DNA of 64,000 nt. Origin: Camelus dromedarius. Its lineage: Eukaryota. Every line of letters begins with the position of its first letter. Position 1 is the first letter of the stretch. The stretch covers positions 22,444,001 through 22,508,000 of the forward strand of contig NC_087464.1 in NCBI RefSeq assembly GCF_036321535.1, in the 5' to 3' direction. Positions 24,373 through 36,619 of this stretch are shown in pieces. The translations under genes and the position numbers were made by a program. Below the pieces are notes generated by a model. The model was not told where the DNA came from. It ran no database searches and saw only the letters and a list, made by a program, of their open reading frames with translations.

Positions 24373-25679
24373 GGGGGAATGGCTGGATTTCAGAACATCT
24401 CAAAGCAGAGTAACCATAACGTTTGTTTAGGGACCAGGGAGTAAAGTCTTGGAACATCCAGATTGGAGCCTCACCTCTGCCCTATCTGCCGTGTGACCTT
24501 CAGCAGGTGCCTTAACTCAGGGAGCCCTGGTCCCCCACAGAGATGGCTTCTAGGATGGACTTGGCAACTGGCACACCCACAGGACAGCCCTGCTGCTCTC
24601 TGCCCCATGAGGCACCCCCACATCCAGGCTGTGTGACCTCGAGGCTTGACAGATCACCTGGCCTCTCTGAGGCCCACTTTCTCCGCCTCTAAAATGGAGA
24701 GTGATGAGGACAGCCCCCTGAGCAGGCGGCACTGAGCCTAGGACTTGGTGAGCGCTCTGCAAAGTTTCGCTCTATTTGGCTGTTGCTGGATCATTGGGAC
24801 AGAAGGTCCTTCACCACTCAGAGTCAAGCCATCAGGCTGCCCTTGGCCCTCCCCAGAGAAGCAGACAGGGGCCACCAGAGCAGAGCACGGCGGAGCTGGA
24901 AGGGGGCTTGGAGGTCAGCGGGGTGGCCGCTGACCCCAGAGAGGGACAGAAGCTTGTCTAAGGTTATGCACACCCACACTCGGCCCTTTGCTGAGCACCT
25001 GCTGTAGGTTCCCTGTAGGTGCCCCTGGGGGAGGCCTGCCAGGCAGCCCTCACAGTCCTGTCCAAGGCCTGCCAAGTGTCGGGACACACGAGCTTTCAGG
25101 TGTGGTGCACCCTCTTCCCGCAGCTTCTTCCCATCAGGTGAGGGTGGGTGTGTGGGCAGGCGGCAGGCCCTTGGTAGAGAACTAAGCTCCTGGTTCTGAA
25201 CAGTCTTAGGATCTGGAAGCCCTCTGATGAAAGCTATGACCTTTTCCTCAAAGAGAAGCACATATCCACATTCAGAGGCTGAAGCCTCTGATCTCTAGGA
25301 TCCAGTAAATGAGTTAGTCGTCATCCGGTGGTGCTGCCCCTGGGGCTGGGGCTGGGGCTGGTCTTGATTCCTGTGACTTGATTCCAAATGTCCCTGCTCT
25401 CCAGCTGCATTATCAGATTTTTAGCACCAGCATCCATGGTGGTCACTGCCACGATATTGGCTACAGGTCCATTTTCAGCAGCCAGGCCCTGGAGGGCAGC
25501 ACACAGCATCCTGGACATGCACCGTCAGGATCGGATGGGGGAGATGGTGAGAGCAGTCCCCAGCCCTCTCTCAGGACCGTCCTGGGGCTCAGGCACATGG
25601 GGCCACTGAGAAAGACCCAGGGTGGCCTGGTTGAGGTGACAAGACAGGTAGGGGGAAGCAGAAAGAGTGCAGTTTAAGA

Positions 25680-25860
25680 GTGCATTCTCTAGCTCTAGTC
25701 CTTACAGCAGCCCTGAAAGGAAGTCAGGGAAAGGATTATTCACCCATTTCACAGATGAAGAAATTGAGGCTCAGAGCAGCCACAGAGCACACAGATCAAG
25801 GAAGTGAAAACCAGGATTTGAATCTGCTCAGACTGCCTCCAGAGGCCATGTCTTATCCCG
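25680..25860 (-). mobile_element. MIR fragment
   Basis: cccatttcacagatgaagaaattgaggctcagag...ccaggatttgaatc. Confidence 0.85.
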
Positions 25861-27020
25861 GTGGATAGAATATTCTCATCTATTTAACTCGACATTGAGC
25901 AGCTACTACCAACAGAATCCTGTGTCAGACAACTTGGGAGGACACAGATCCATGGCGAGCATAGAGCCCACTGGACACATCCAGGGCAATAATAATAATT
26001 ACACACACCACGGAATGATAAGAGCTAACATTTTGGGAGCACTTACCTGGGACCAGCATTATGCTAAATGATTTTCATGGATTATCTCAGTTATGCTCTC
26101 AAATACCTTGAGGTAAGAGTAGCAGTATGCCCAGTATTCTTGTTTGCTTTTGGGATCCAGAAGTATGTGCCCATTTTGACAACAGAGGCTAAGCAAGGTT
26201 AGGTGGCTTGCCATCAACTAAGGTGATACCTTGCCGAGGCTCTGTCCCTCACTACCTGGGCATTTTCTGGGCCTGTGTCAACCTGGGCAGGTGTCACCTA
26301 CCTAGCCCTGGCTCCAACTGGCTGAGGCAGGGTGAGTAGATAGGTTGTGGGTAGGTTTCACTTCTGGATTGTTCTAGAGGAATTGTATTCCCTCTCTGAG
26401 CCTCATTTCCCCTATGGATCCTCTGACCTCTAATGTCCTTGAGTCTGTGATCTGAGCAATTCTCTCATTCCAGATGCTTGAGGCTGAGCGAAAAGTTAGG
26501 GTCTCTGTGAGAGCAAAGAGTGACTGGATAGAGGAAAGAAGGGCTGCCAGGGTTGAGGGGGACGGAACGAGGGAAATATGCAGGCAGGAGCAGCCTTCCA
26601 AAGGTGAGGAGGCCCTGTGCCCGCAGGGTCTTGGGGGAGAAGGGTCAGACTTCTGCCCAGCCCACCCTCAACAAGCCCCAGGCAGCCTTATCTCCCTCCC
26701 TACACAGATCGACCTAAGCAGCAAGGAAAACAAGGTCGGAGAGGAGGAGCCAGTGTTCAGTCACACCACCCACTTCCCAGGCCTCAGTTTCCCCTTTGTG
26801 AGGAGCGGGAGTTGGCCCTTCAGTCCCTTGGGGGATATTCATCCCAGGCAGGCTCTGAGTCAGGAGAGGTGAGGGTGGTCCCTCCCTTCCCCCGCAGCCC
26901 ACCCACTCCCACTTTTGCACAGCCCTCAGCGTGCTGTGCAGTTATTAGTTTAGGTTCATTTAGAATCAGCTTAGCAACCCCACACCCTTGGAACCTGGAA
27001 GCTTAAAGCGCAAGATGTCT

Positions 27021-27303
27021 NNNNNNNNNNNNNNNNNNNNNNNNNNNNNNNNNNNNNNNNNNNNNNNNNNNNNNNNNNNNNNNNNNNNNNNNNNNNNNNN
27101 NNNNNNNNNNNNNNNNNNNNNNNNNNNNNNNNNNNNNNNNNNNNNNNNNNNNNNNNNNNNNNNNNNNNNNNNNNNNNNNNNNNNNNNNNNNNNNNNNNNN
27201 NNNNNNNNNNNNNNNNNNNNNNNNNNNNNNNNNNNNNNNNNNNNNNNNNNNNNNNNNNNNNNNNNNNNNNNNNNNNNNNNNNNNNNNNNNNNNNNNNNNN
27301 NNN
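27021..27303. other. Assembly gap (283 N)
   Basis: N run. Confidence 1.
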
Positions 27304-27650
27304 AGGGCGGCGGGCGGGCGGGCAGAGAGGTGACCGGGCTCTGATTTAAATTTCAATACCTTCCCCATTACAGCTCTCTGGGCTGGGAAAATTACTAGCA
27401 GGAGGCAGGCTGCGTGCTTCTCCTGTTTCTCTGGACCCCGGCTCGGCTCTCCCCACGTGAGCTCACAGGCTTGGTTTGTTCCATCCCCTGATTTGCAAGG
27501 TCTGGATGAACCATGGTACCAGAGACATGGGAAAGTGCAGTCCTCTGGGATGCTGGTTCTCTAGGCCTGGGAATCAGCATTATCCTTATCCCTCTGGAGC
27601 TGTCAGATGGTTCAAGAGGGCCCCTCTGTTTATGAGGGTTTAGAGGTTAA

Positions 27651-27835
27651 GATCAGGGCTTCGACTCAGGTGGGGATCAAGGTTCGGTCTGTAAGTAGCA
27701 TCAGGATTCATTCTAAAACTAAGATCAGAAATTAAACTCATGCCAGGATCAAAGCTTAGTCGATGAGCAAGTTCAGGGCTCAGGCTGGGATCAAGGTTCA
27801 GTCCATTAACAAATTCAGGGGGTCAGACTGCATTT
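27651..27835. repeat. Degenerate 24-bp tandem array (about 8 units, consensus near GATCAGGGYTCAGTCTGTRASYAG)
   Basis: Unit starts at 27651, 27675, 27699, 27723, 27747, 27771, 27789, 27813; seven 24-nt-phase units and one 18-nt unit. Confidence 0.8.
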
Positions 27836-28156
27836 TTATAGAAGTCAGTTCAAATCTCTGAGCTTTAATTTCTTCTTTGGTCAAATGCAGGCTAACCCTG
27901 CCTGCTTCCCACGGCTATTTAGAGGAACAAATGAAATATGAATATCTTTCACTTTTATAGCATTTTGTAGTTTATAAAATGCCAGCCCTTTTGGTCCTCA
28001 TAATAACCCCTATTTTAAAGACAAGAATACAGGCTGAGAGTGGTTAAGAAGCTTATCCAGTCACACAGCCAGTAAATATAGGCAGGAAGTAGGGATTGGG
28101 CCCAGCTCTTCTTGACTCCAACTGGTTCCTAGAATACAGAAACACAAAGAGGCAGT

Positions 28157-28642
28157 GACAAGACTGCACGTGTTTACCCAGTACTCATTCCCTTTTTCTT
28201 TGGTAACAGAATGCTTGTTATATTCTGGGGGAGCAATGCAACCACCTAAAAGACTACATGTCCCATCTTCCCTTGCAGCCAGAAGTGGCCAATAAGATAT
28301 GAGGAATGAGAATTGTGGGGTGGGACTCCTGGGAAAGTTTGGTAATGGGGAGGCAAAGTGTGCACGTTCCCCTCTTCCCTCCTCTTTGCTCCCTGCTTGG
28401 AATTCAGACACGGTGGAGCCCAGCAGCCATCTTGTACCACGAGGTGACACTAAAGATTGACAGCACTGCTGAGGAAGCTGAAAAAGAGGAGCCTGGGACA
28501 CGGATGACATGGTGGAGCCACCACACCAACCCTGGGCTGCCATCCTCCCAATGCAGAAGAGTAAAAGACACAACTAGTTTGTTTAGGCCATTATGTGTGG
28601 GTCTCTGTTACTGGCAGGCAAATGTAATTTCTAACTGACTCA
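28157..28642 (+). mobile_element. Old MaLR solo LTR (MLT1J/K-like)
   Basis: cccttgcagccag, gcagccatcttgtaccacgagg, ggagcctgggac, gtttaggccattatg...ctctgttac...ctaactgactca. Confidence 0.82.
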
Positions 28643-28797
28643 AAGGTATTACCCTGAGAAAGAGTATCATCAAATAAGCTTGAGAAATACCAAGTTCAAC
28701 AGAATCTTTCTTGTAGGACTTCCCAGAGGCTTTAAATGCTAACCATTGCTCTGTTTCCCAAGCTTGCTTTGCATGGAACCCTTCTGTCATGGTATAC

Positions 28798-28843
28798 TGT
28801 GTGTGTGTGTGTGTGTGTGCGTGGGTGTGTGCGTGGGTGTGTG
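28798..28843. repeat. (TG)11 followed by interrupted TG repeat
   Basis: Read directly. Confidence 0.9.
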
Positions 28844-30529
28844 AGGAGGGTGTGTGTGACTATGTGTCTGGTGCTGAGAGGCCATTCCTGATGTCGGACA
28901 GGGACTGGAAAGTGCTTTGCCTAATGTTCTAGTTTTTAAAACAAATTAAGACAGTGGCCCCTTCTGAGATTTTCTTGAACTTCAGCTAACATTCTGATTT
29001 TGGCTCCTCAGTGTTTAAGGAATGTAGGGTCAAGCAGGGAAGGGCTAATTTGGGGACAAAGCTAGAAGAGCTGTCTGGGGCAAGAGGGTTTCCTTGTGAC
29101 AACTGGAGCCTTCATGGACTGAGGCTTGCCTCGCAGGTGTGGGGGCTGCTACGGGCAGAAGAGGACCCTGGGCTCCCTTCGCATCTTATGTCGGGACTAG
29201 CAGCCTGTCCCTCTACCCACCCCAAGGCAAAGAGGGACACAGAGACACGGAGAGTGGGAGGGACTCAGCCTGGCCATAGGAAGAGTGCCTGGCAGTCTGG
29301 GATCCAGAGCCAGCTGTCCTGCCCAGCCTGCCCCCTCCCCTTCAGTTTTCCAGAAGGCTCTGGCGGAGTCATGGACTGTGCTGCAGTGGCTGCCTGTCAC
29401 TCCTCTGTGGGGGTCCCATTGCAGGCTGCAAGGTCTTTACACGCCCTTCCAATGCCATTTTAAGAGACTCGTAACACAATAACGGTAACAGAGGCACCCG
29501 CTGCCTGGCTTGGTAATTACTGTGCTCCTGGTTGGAGAACTGTTTACTGCTTTGCGAAGGGTGAAGTCTCCCACTACTTTTAAAATAAGTGTCCTCCTTG
29601 GACAGCACGGCCATGGCTGGGGCAGTTAGTCATCAACGGTTCGCGCCAAGGAAAGAGAGGCAGGGAGCCCCAGGATGGCAGCCCAAGAAGAGGAAGGCGG
29701 GGGATGTGGTGCCCAGAATCCCAGGCTGAACATGCCCAGGGACTCGAGGTTCCCCTTCCTCCGTCCTGCTGTGGCCGAGTTCAGTCCGCCCTCCAGACCT
29801 CAGTCTCTCTATCTGTGCCATGGGGCATTGGATCAGGCCTTTGAAAACTTGTCCAGGGCCAGAATTCTAAAGTTTTGCTTTTCAAGGAGATTATAGGGAA
29901 CTGAGGGCAGAAGAGAAAGACAGCTAGCTCCCTCTCTTGCCAAAAAACTCCTGGAGACAGGAACATGCCTGCTTCCTCTCTTTAGCCCAGAACCTGGCTG
30001 ACAAGGTGGGGTCAGGTGAAAGAACCCATTCCAGCCAGAGGGGGAGGCACGGCCCATTCTAGAGGAGGGCGGAAAGGACAAGAGAGGAATGGAGTGAGGA
30101 GAGAGACAGAAGCCTGAGTCTCCAGCAGAAGAAAACCCAATATCCAAACTTTAACAAGAGCCCCATAAACCAAAAAGTGAATCTTGGACTCAGGAGGTGA
30201 AGGATCATTTAAATGGCAAACTCTCCTTGTGCCTGTAAGGGCTTGTTCATAGGCTATGAGCTGAGAGTGCAGGTGGTCCTGCACAGAAAACTGGAAGCTT
30301 TTCTTTTTAAACTCCCTAAAGATTCATCTGCAATGCAGATGAAGCATCTTAGAAACAAGAATGAAAACAGGGTTTGATTTTCACAAAGGCCAATTCAGAG
30401 GCACACTTCCTGTCCTGCCCAGGGCACTGGCATCTGTGTGTGAGATAACCGTCCCCAGCAGGGTGGGAGCCTGCCCAGGTCCTGCCAAGGTCAGGTGGGT
30501 CTGCACGCACGCCTGCATGTGAACTCACA

Positions 30530-30577
30530 CTGCACACACTTGTACACACACACCCACACACACACACTCTCTCTCTC
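30530..30577. repeat. Interrupted (CA)n-(CT)n microsatellite
   Basis: Read directly. Confidence 0.8.
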
Positions 30578-30679
30578 ATTTACTCAGATCCACAGCAGAG
30601 TCATTTCAGATTTGGTCTTTCTGTAAGGTCTAGTCTGTGCCCAGATCTGGATCTAAAAAATTCATTTACTCTGCAGTTC

Positions 30680-32010
30680 TTGAGTACACAGTAAGAGCCA
30701 GGAGTTGGGGATACCGTGATGAATAAGATGCAATCCCTCAAGGAATTCACAGGCCAGGCAGGGAGAGAGATAAAGAGATAAATACCTTAGACAACAAGCA
30801 TTATGGGAGCATAACAGATGGGCTTCTAGTACAGGCTTGGGAGATCAGGGAGGGCTTCCTGGAAGGGATGGCATGTTTAAGCTGTACTATCCTATATTGT
30901 AGTCACTAGCCACATGTGGTTATTTATATTTAATGAATTATGTTTAATTAATTTAAAGTAAATACAATTTTTAAATGATTCCTCAGTAGCACTGGCCACA
31001 GTTCAAGTGGCTACCATATCGAACACTGCAGAGACAAGACATTTTCATCATCACAGAAAATTCTACTGGACAACACTGTGAGGATGAACCTTCCCCAGGC
31101 TGGGGCCATGGAGAGGTATTCCAGTTCCAGGGAGCAGCTTGTGCAAAGGCCTGGAAGCAAAACGCAGCGTGTCCAGGGGACGGAGCACAGGTGTGAGGAG
31201 GGGGAATGGTGACAGCTGAAACTAGAGCGGAGGGAAGAACTCAAATGGCGGCTGAAGCCTGTTGGCAAGGAGCTGGGGATTTTGTCCCGAATGTTTGGGA
31301 AGCCTTGGAAGTGCTTTCACTGGGGAGTAGCAAGGCCAGCTTTTCCTGTTGGAAGAGCTTGCCTGGGGAACGGACTGGACTGGAGGGGAGCAAGCCTGGA
31401 AGCCAGAAACTTGAGGGGAGGGAGCAGGTGCCAGCATCCAGGTGAGAGCCCTGCCGGAGCAGAGGGGCTGGCCTGGGAGTTAAGCTGAGAGGACCTGGAG
31501 TTGGATTGGCTGTGGGCCCCAGGAAGAGGGGCTTCTGGCGTGAGTGACAGGGTGGCTGCGGCTGCCCTTTGTGGAAAGGAGAGGGAACCTGGGGAGGTGA
31601 TCAGTTTCCACCGTGCTGAGTGTAAGGAGAGGTGGAGACCCCGCACATGGCAGGTAGATGAGGGTGCCAGGTGCTCTGGGGAAAGCTGGAGCTGGAAATA
31701 CTGTGCAGATGGTCCTCAGCAGATAGATGCGGGTGGAGGTCCTGCAAGGGGCTGAAGAGAGCTCTTGGAGGCAACGTTAGAGCCCTGGGAAACACGGGCG
31801 AGTAAGTGGCCAAGGGAGGAGAAGGAGCTGGAGCGCCATGGAAGAGCGAGGGAGACCAGGTGTCCCTTTAGAGACGCATGTATGGCTGTGGCTCCATCCT
31901 CCGGGGTGTGGGAGCTGAAGCTGTCTGTCCAGGCAGGGATCCTGGAGGAGACAGGGCAGTATCTGGGCACCAAGGAGACCGGGCTTAGAGAGGAAGGAAA
32001 GTCATGACAG
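30680..32010 (-). mobile_element. L2 fragments, interrupted by MER3
   Basis: cagggagggcttcctggaag just before MER3 and gtgcaaaggcctggaag just after; purine-rich L2-like sequence continues to about 32010. Confidence 0.72.
30882..31078 (-). mobile_element. MER3 hAT-Charlie MITE inserted in L2
   Basis: cactagccacatgtgg, AT-rich core, gtggctaccatatcgaacactgc, catcatcacagaaaattctactggacaacactg. Confidence 0.85.
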
Positions 32011-32034
32011 CAAGGACAAGAGGCAGTGGGGCAG

Positions 32035-32611
32035 CTTGTATTTTCTGAAGATGGCCACATCAATCTCCCTGCCCCACAGGCTCCTCTACGGTGAGACATT
32101 GCCACCTGTTCCTGGAGTCATGGGTCCTAAACCTGGGCAGGCATGTGACTGCTTTGACCAACAGGGGACAGCAGAAGGGACACTCTGGCACTTCTGAGGC
32201 TGGGTTATGAAATGCGATACAGCTTCCACTGTGTCTGCTGGGACACTCACTCTTGGAGCTCTGAGCCATCGTGTCAGAGTCTTTCTAGGACTGGGGCCAC
32301 CATGCTATGAGGAAGCCCACGTGAATGGGCCCCATGGAGGTGTTCCGGTCAACAGCACCAGCCTAGCTCCCAGCCCCGTCAGCATCGATTGCCAGACGTG
32401 TGAATGAACGAGCCCGTGGATAACTCCAGACCCAGATGTCATCATCCCCAGCCATTGAGGCCCCAGACATCATGGAGCAGATACCAGCTGTCCCTTGCGC
32501 ACTCTGTCTGAATGCCTGGTCTACAGAATCAATGAGCATAATAAAATGGTCATTGTTTTGCACCACTACGTCTTGGGGTGGTTTGTTATGCAATAATAGT
32601 AGTAATGGGAA
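32035..32611 (+). mobile_element. MaLR solo LTR (MLT1H/I-like)
   Basis: aagatggccac, gtgactgctttgaccaacag, ccatgctatgaggaagccc, ccagacatcatggagcaga, gtggtttgttatgcaataatag. Confidence 0.85.
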
Positions 32612-35191
32612 CAGGCAGGAAGCAAACCGGCCAGGCTGAGGAGATGACTGGACTGGATGGTGGGCTCGGGCCTCAAATGCTGGGGGACGGGTGAGCGTTA
32701 CCCTGCAGGCAGGTTAGAAGGAAGGCTGGGTAGGCTGAGCAGGGGCTGTGGCTCTGAAAGTGGGCATCTGGAGACCAGATGTGAACATCAGAGGTAGCTC
32801 TAGCCTGGGAGGTTGTCACAAGGGCTGTATCAGAGAGGTCCTGGTAAGAGCAACAGCAAGAGGTGGGGAGGGGTTTGGAGTCTTACACTTTTGTTTAGCT
32901 CCCAGTACTTTCACTAACCAACTCTCTCTGAGTCTCAGTTTGCTGATCTGGAAAATGGGAGTACAAATTCCTCCCTGGCACAGAGTAAATACAGCAGAAA
33001 CGTGATGTGACTTCCTTTCCTTTTATCAGTTTTTTCCCCTCTTTTATTTCTTCTTATTTTAACAAGAGATGCTCACATGTGTATAAACTCAACTGTTGAT
33101 AAACACATTCAAGGGCACAGCTACTTGCCCTATTTTATAAACACAGAAAATGAAGCCCAGAGGGGCTGGGATACGTATCCCAAAGCCTCAGAGGTCTGGA
33201 ACCTTCAGCTTGTAATTTTTCTGCAACTCTTCCTCCCCTGGATAGAGGCAGGGAGGAAGGGAGGGCAGGCTGGTGCCCCAGCAGGTCCCAGGGGAACAGG
33301 CAAGGCTGCCGGCACTGGATTAAGCATTCCTCCCCAGCCCTGCTCCAGCCCTGGCCTCGGCAACTGCTTGAACTCCAAAGTCCCAGACAAATTGTTGCCC
33401 TGAGAGTGAAAGCAACTGTGGGGAGCTTACAAATGTGGCAGGCCTAGCCCTCCCCACCCACCTCTACTCCAAATGCCTGCCTCCGGGAGGGCCAGGGTCA
33501 GAGCAGCCAGTGAGGAACTCCTAACAGGACCTCCACACACACCCAGGCCTGATAGGGTCCCTGATGCCTGGGCAACTCTTACCCCCAAGCCCTGAGAGCC
33601 CTGGATGTACCACCTGGACCCCAGCTCCCCTCCTCCTGCCGCCCTCCTCAGCATCTTGTTCCTTTTCAGAATTTCTTACTGTTGCCCCTAGCAACTGAGC
33701 TCTCAGCCCCATCCTGGTCCTCTTTCCCCTTCCCTCCCCTCTTTTCCTCCCCTTCCTGCTTCCTCATCTCCATCCTTCCTACCTCCCCTACCTGTGGAGA
33801 CCGTGCCAAGGGCTGGAAGGCTCCTCTTAAGCCCCGTGCCAGCTGGGCGACCCAGCCGAACCTCTGGGCCTTTCTAGGTTGCTAATTGGCTGATGATCAC
33901 AGTCAGTACTCTCTGCCTGCCTGAGAACTGGGTACTGCAGGCTCTGGGACCTAGGGTATGTCCTGGGGAGACTCTCAGGCAGGGTTCTCAGGGCACCCCA
34001 TGCACAGAGCTAACAACTACCGAGAAGAGCTATTTGAGGTGGTGAGCTTCCCAGAGCTGGAGGCATGCAAGGAGAGACCTTTCCCATCTCCCATAGTGAC
34101 AGTGCTGGTGCTGATGCTAGGATGGTGCAGGGCAGTGAGGGTCCTGCAGCCCTGACCCAGGGAGGCTTGAAAAGGAAGTCAGTGAGGGCTGGGTCCTTGT
34201 CTCCCCTCACTATCCTTTTTATCCTCATCTCATTTCCTCCCATCCCTGAATTCCCAGAACGCTTTAGCCACACACCCACTCCCCAAATGCTGCCCTCCCA
34301 GAGGCTTCACCTTTCTCAGTGGGCCCTACAGAGGGAGGCAGTACTAAGGTGGGGTTCTCGGGTACGTCGTCCACCCACAGGGCAAGCCTGGTGCTCAGCA
34401 CAGCTGTTTCACAGTGGACACACCAGGGGCCCGGTGGGGCAGGGCAGTGTGCACCCAACCCCTGGCCTCCCTCCCAGACTCCTCAGCTCACACCCTTGGC
34501 TGACCCCAGGCCCGGCCCCTCATCACCTCCCCAGCGTCCCGCTGCGGCCAGTCATGCCAGACTCGCCGCCTCCTGACCTGGTCTCACTCTTCTCTCCCTG
34601 CCTGGAGATGTTCTTCTCTGCCCTTTCACTCCGATTCTGCCCAGTGGTCACCTCCTTCTGGAAGCCCGTCCTGACAACCCAGGCAGTACCTTGTGCTCGC
34701 CTGTCTTACAGCTCTTCACCCCACTGAGCGCTCACCATCTGTTCACACGGCTTTCTCCTAAGTAACCCCCGTCTCTCTCTGGGCCTCAGTTTCCCTCATC
34801 TGTAACATGAGGGCAACAGGTCCATGGTCTTTGAGGACCCCTTCGGCTGGTGAGGGTGACTAAATCTGGGCTGTTGGAACAAGAAAGAGGATAGTCTGGG
34901 ACATCTTTGTCCTCCTTGCCCTCCACGGCATCCCCTCTGAGTTTCAGGACCTGGGTATGAGGGCCAAGCCCTTGCTGTCTGGCCCTGGGTCAGTCCTGAC
35001 CTTCTCTGAGGCCTCAGTTTCTCATCTGCTAAATGGGGAGAACAACCCCTGAGACCTGCCTTTTCAGGCTGCCAGGCCAGACTTCTCTGTCCGCGACAGC
35101 CAGAACCCAGGCTGCCGAAGGGAGCCGCTCTGGCTCCGCCGCCGCCCACTTCTGGACAGCCCAGCCCTCGGGCTCAAGCGTCCCTAGGGCT

Positions 35192-35210
35192 CTGCTGCCC
35201 TCCAGTGGCC
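35192..35210 (-). promoter_or_regulatory. Candidate CTCF binding site
   Basis: Minus strand GGCCACTGGAGGGCAGCAG; one tolerated deviation from CCACYAGRKGGCRS. Confidence 0.55.
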
Positions 35211-35585
35211 GGAGGCCCCTGGGCACTTAGAACCAGGGAGTTTCTGGCTAATTCAACTGGCATCCACCCCAAACTAGGACAGAAGATAAGGCCCAGAAAG
35301 AGGAAGGAACTTGTTGTGCTCACACAGCACGTCGGGGCGGTGTCTGGACCAGAACCTGGGCCTCCTGGCTCCTAGCACATCTAAGCCTAGGGTGGGGCTT
35401 GCCCTCTTACATCAGACTGACAGGAGGGGGAGCTATGCCCTCACCTGTCCAACCGGCCTCACCTGGGGACCCCCATGTGCTGCGTCCCTGCCCTGCCAGC
35501 CCCTCTGAGAAGGGTTGCCAGCATCTGCCCAGGGGTCATCCCTTGGAGGTAGGTAGAGGACACCCTATAACGGGCTGAGAGGGGC

Positions 35586-35845
35586 NNNNNNNNNNNNNNN
35601 NNNNNNNNNNNNNNNNNNNNNNNNNNNNNNNNNNNNNNNNNNNNNNNNNNNNNNNNNNNNNNNNNNNNNNNNNNNNNNNNNNNNNNNNNNNNNNNNNNNN
35701 NNNNNNNNNNNNNNNNNNNNNNNNNNNNNNNNNNNNNNNNNNNNNNNNNNNNNNNNNNNNNNNNNNNNNNNNNNNNNNNNNNNNNNNNNNNNNNNNNNNN
35801 NNNNNNNNNNNNNNNNNNNNNNNNNNNNNNNNNNNNNNNNNNNNN
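35586..35845. other. Assembly gap (260 N)
   Basis: N run. Confidence 1.
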
Positions 35846-36619
35846 TCCTCTTTCTGACCGAGGAAATTAGCCTTGGGTTTTACTTACATTTCACAGCCGT
35901 GTCCTCACAGACAGAAGGGCTAGAATATGGCACAGTGATGCCTGGTGCCCGCCAACTCCGGCCCTGCTCCGCCTCCTCTCCCTCCCCACCCAGAGCAGTG
36001 CTAACCATCCCTTGCCTCTCACCTCTCAGGAAGATGTGGCAGGGAGACCGTAGGGGTCAGCTAGTTTAGCTTCTTCTGGTCACAGCTGGGGGTTTGGGGG
36101 CTCAGATATGACAGAGAAGAGCCTAGCATTGCTTGGTGAGGTGGGGGCAGGTCTGGGACCAGAAACTGTCACAGATTCCCAGCTCTAGACCTTGATGGCT
36201 GCCTGGCTAAATAAATATTTCTTCTCCAGATCCCTACGGAGCCACCTAGTCCTTCACCCCCACTTCCAGCTCCCGCCTGCCTTTCCTCTCCTAGGGCCAC
36301 GTGGAACAAAGGCTGCCAGCCTGAACGCAGGTGGCAGACAATAAGGAGGAGCAGGGGCAGGAGACCAGGAGCCCTACCCTGGATCTGTTGCTGGCATACG
36401 GGGACCTTGGGCTGGTCCTGCCTCTCTCTGGGCCTGGGCCTCTCTCCTCTAAGCTTGACGAGCTGTTTTATGTCACTCCCTCCCACCTGCCCCAGCATGA
36501 ATCTCCAAGGACAAGTGGCTGTGAGCCAGTCAAGAGAGGGAGAGCGGGGAGACCAGGTGTGGTCCGTGGAGCCAGGACTGAGGGCAGATCCTCTCCCCCT
36601 TATTTAAAACAAAACCTTC

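Noticed and set aside
34065-34727. Longest ORF (220 aa) as a gene
   Set aside because: Pro/Ser/Leu/Arg-rich composition typical of random GC-rich DNA, no recognisable domain, and no coherent exon structure.
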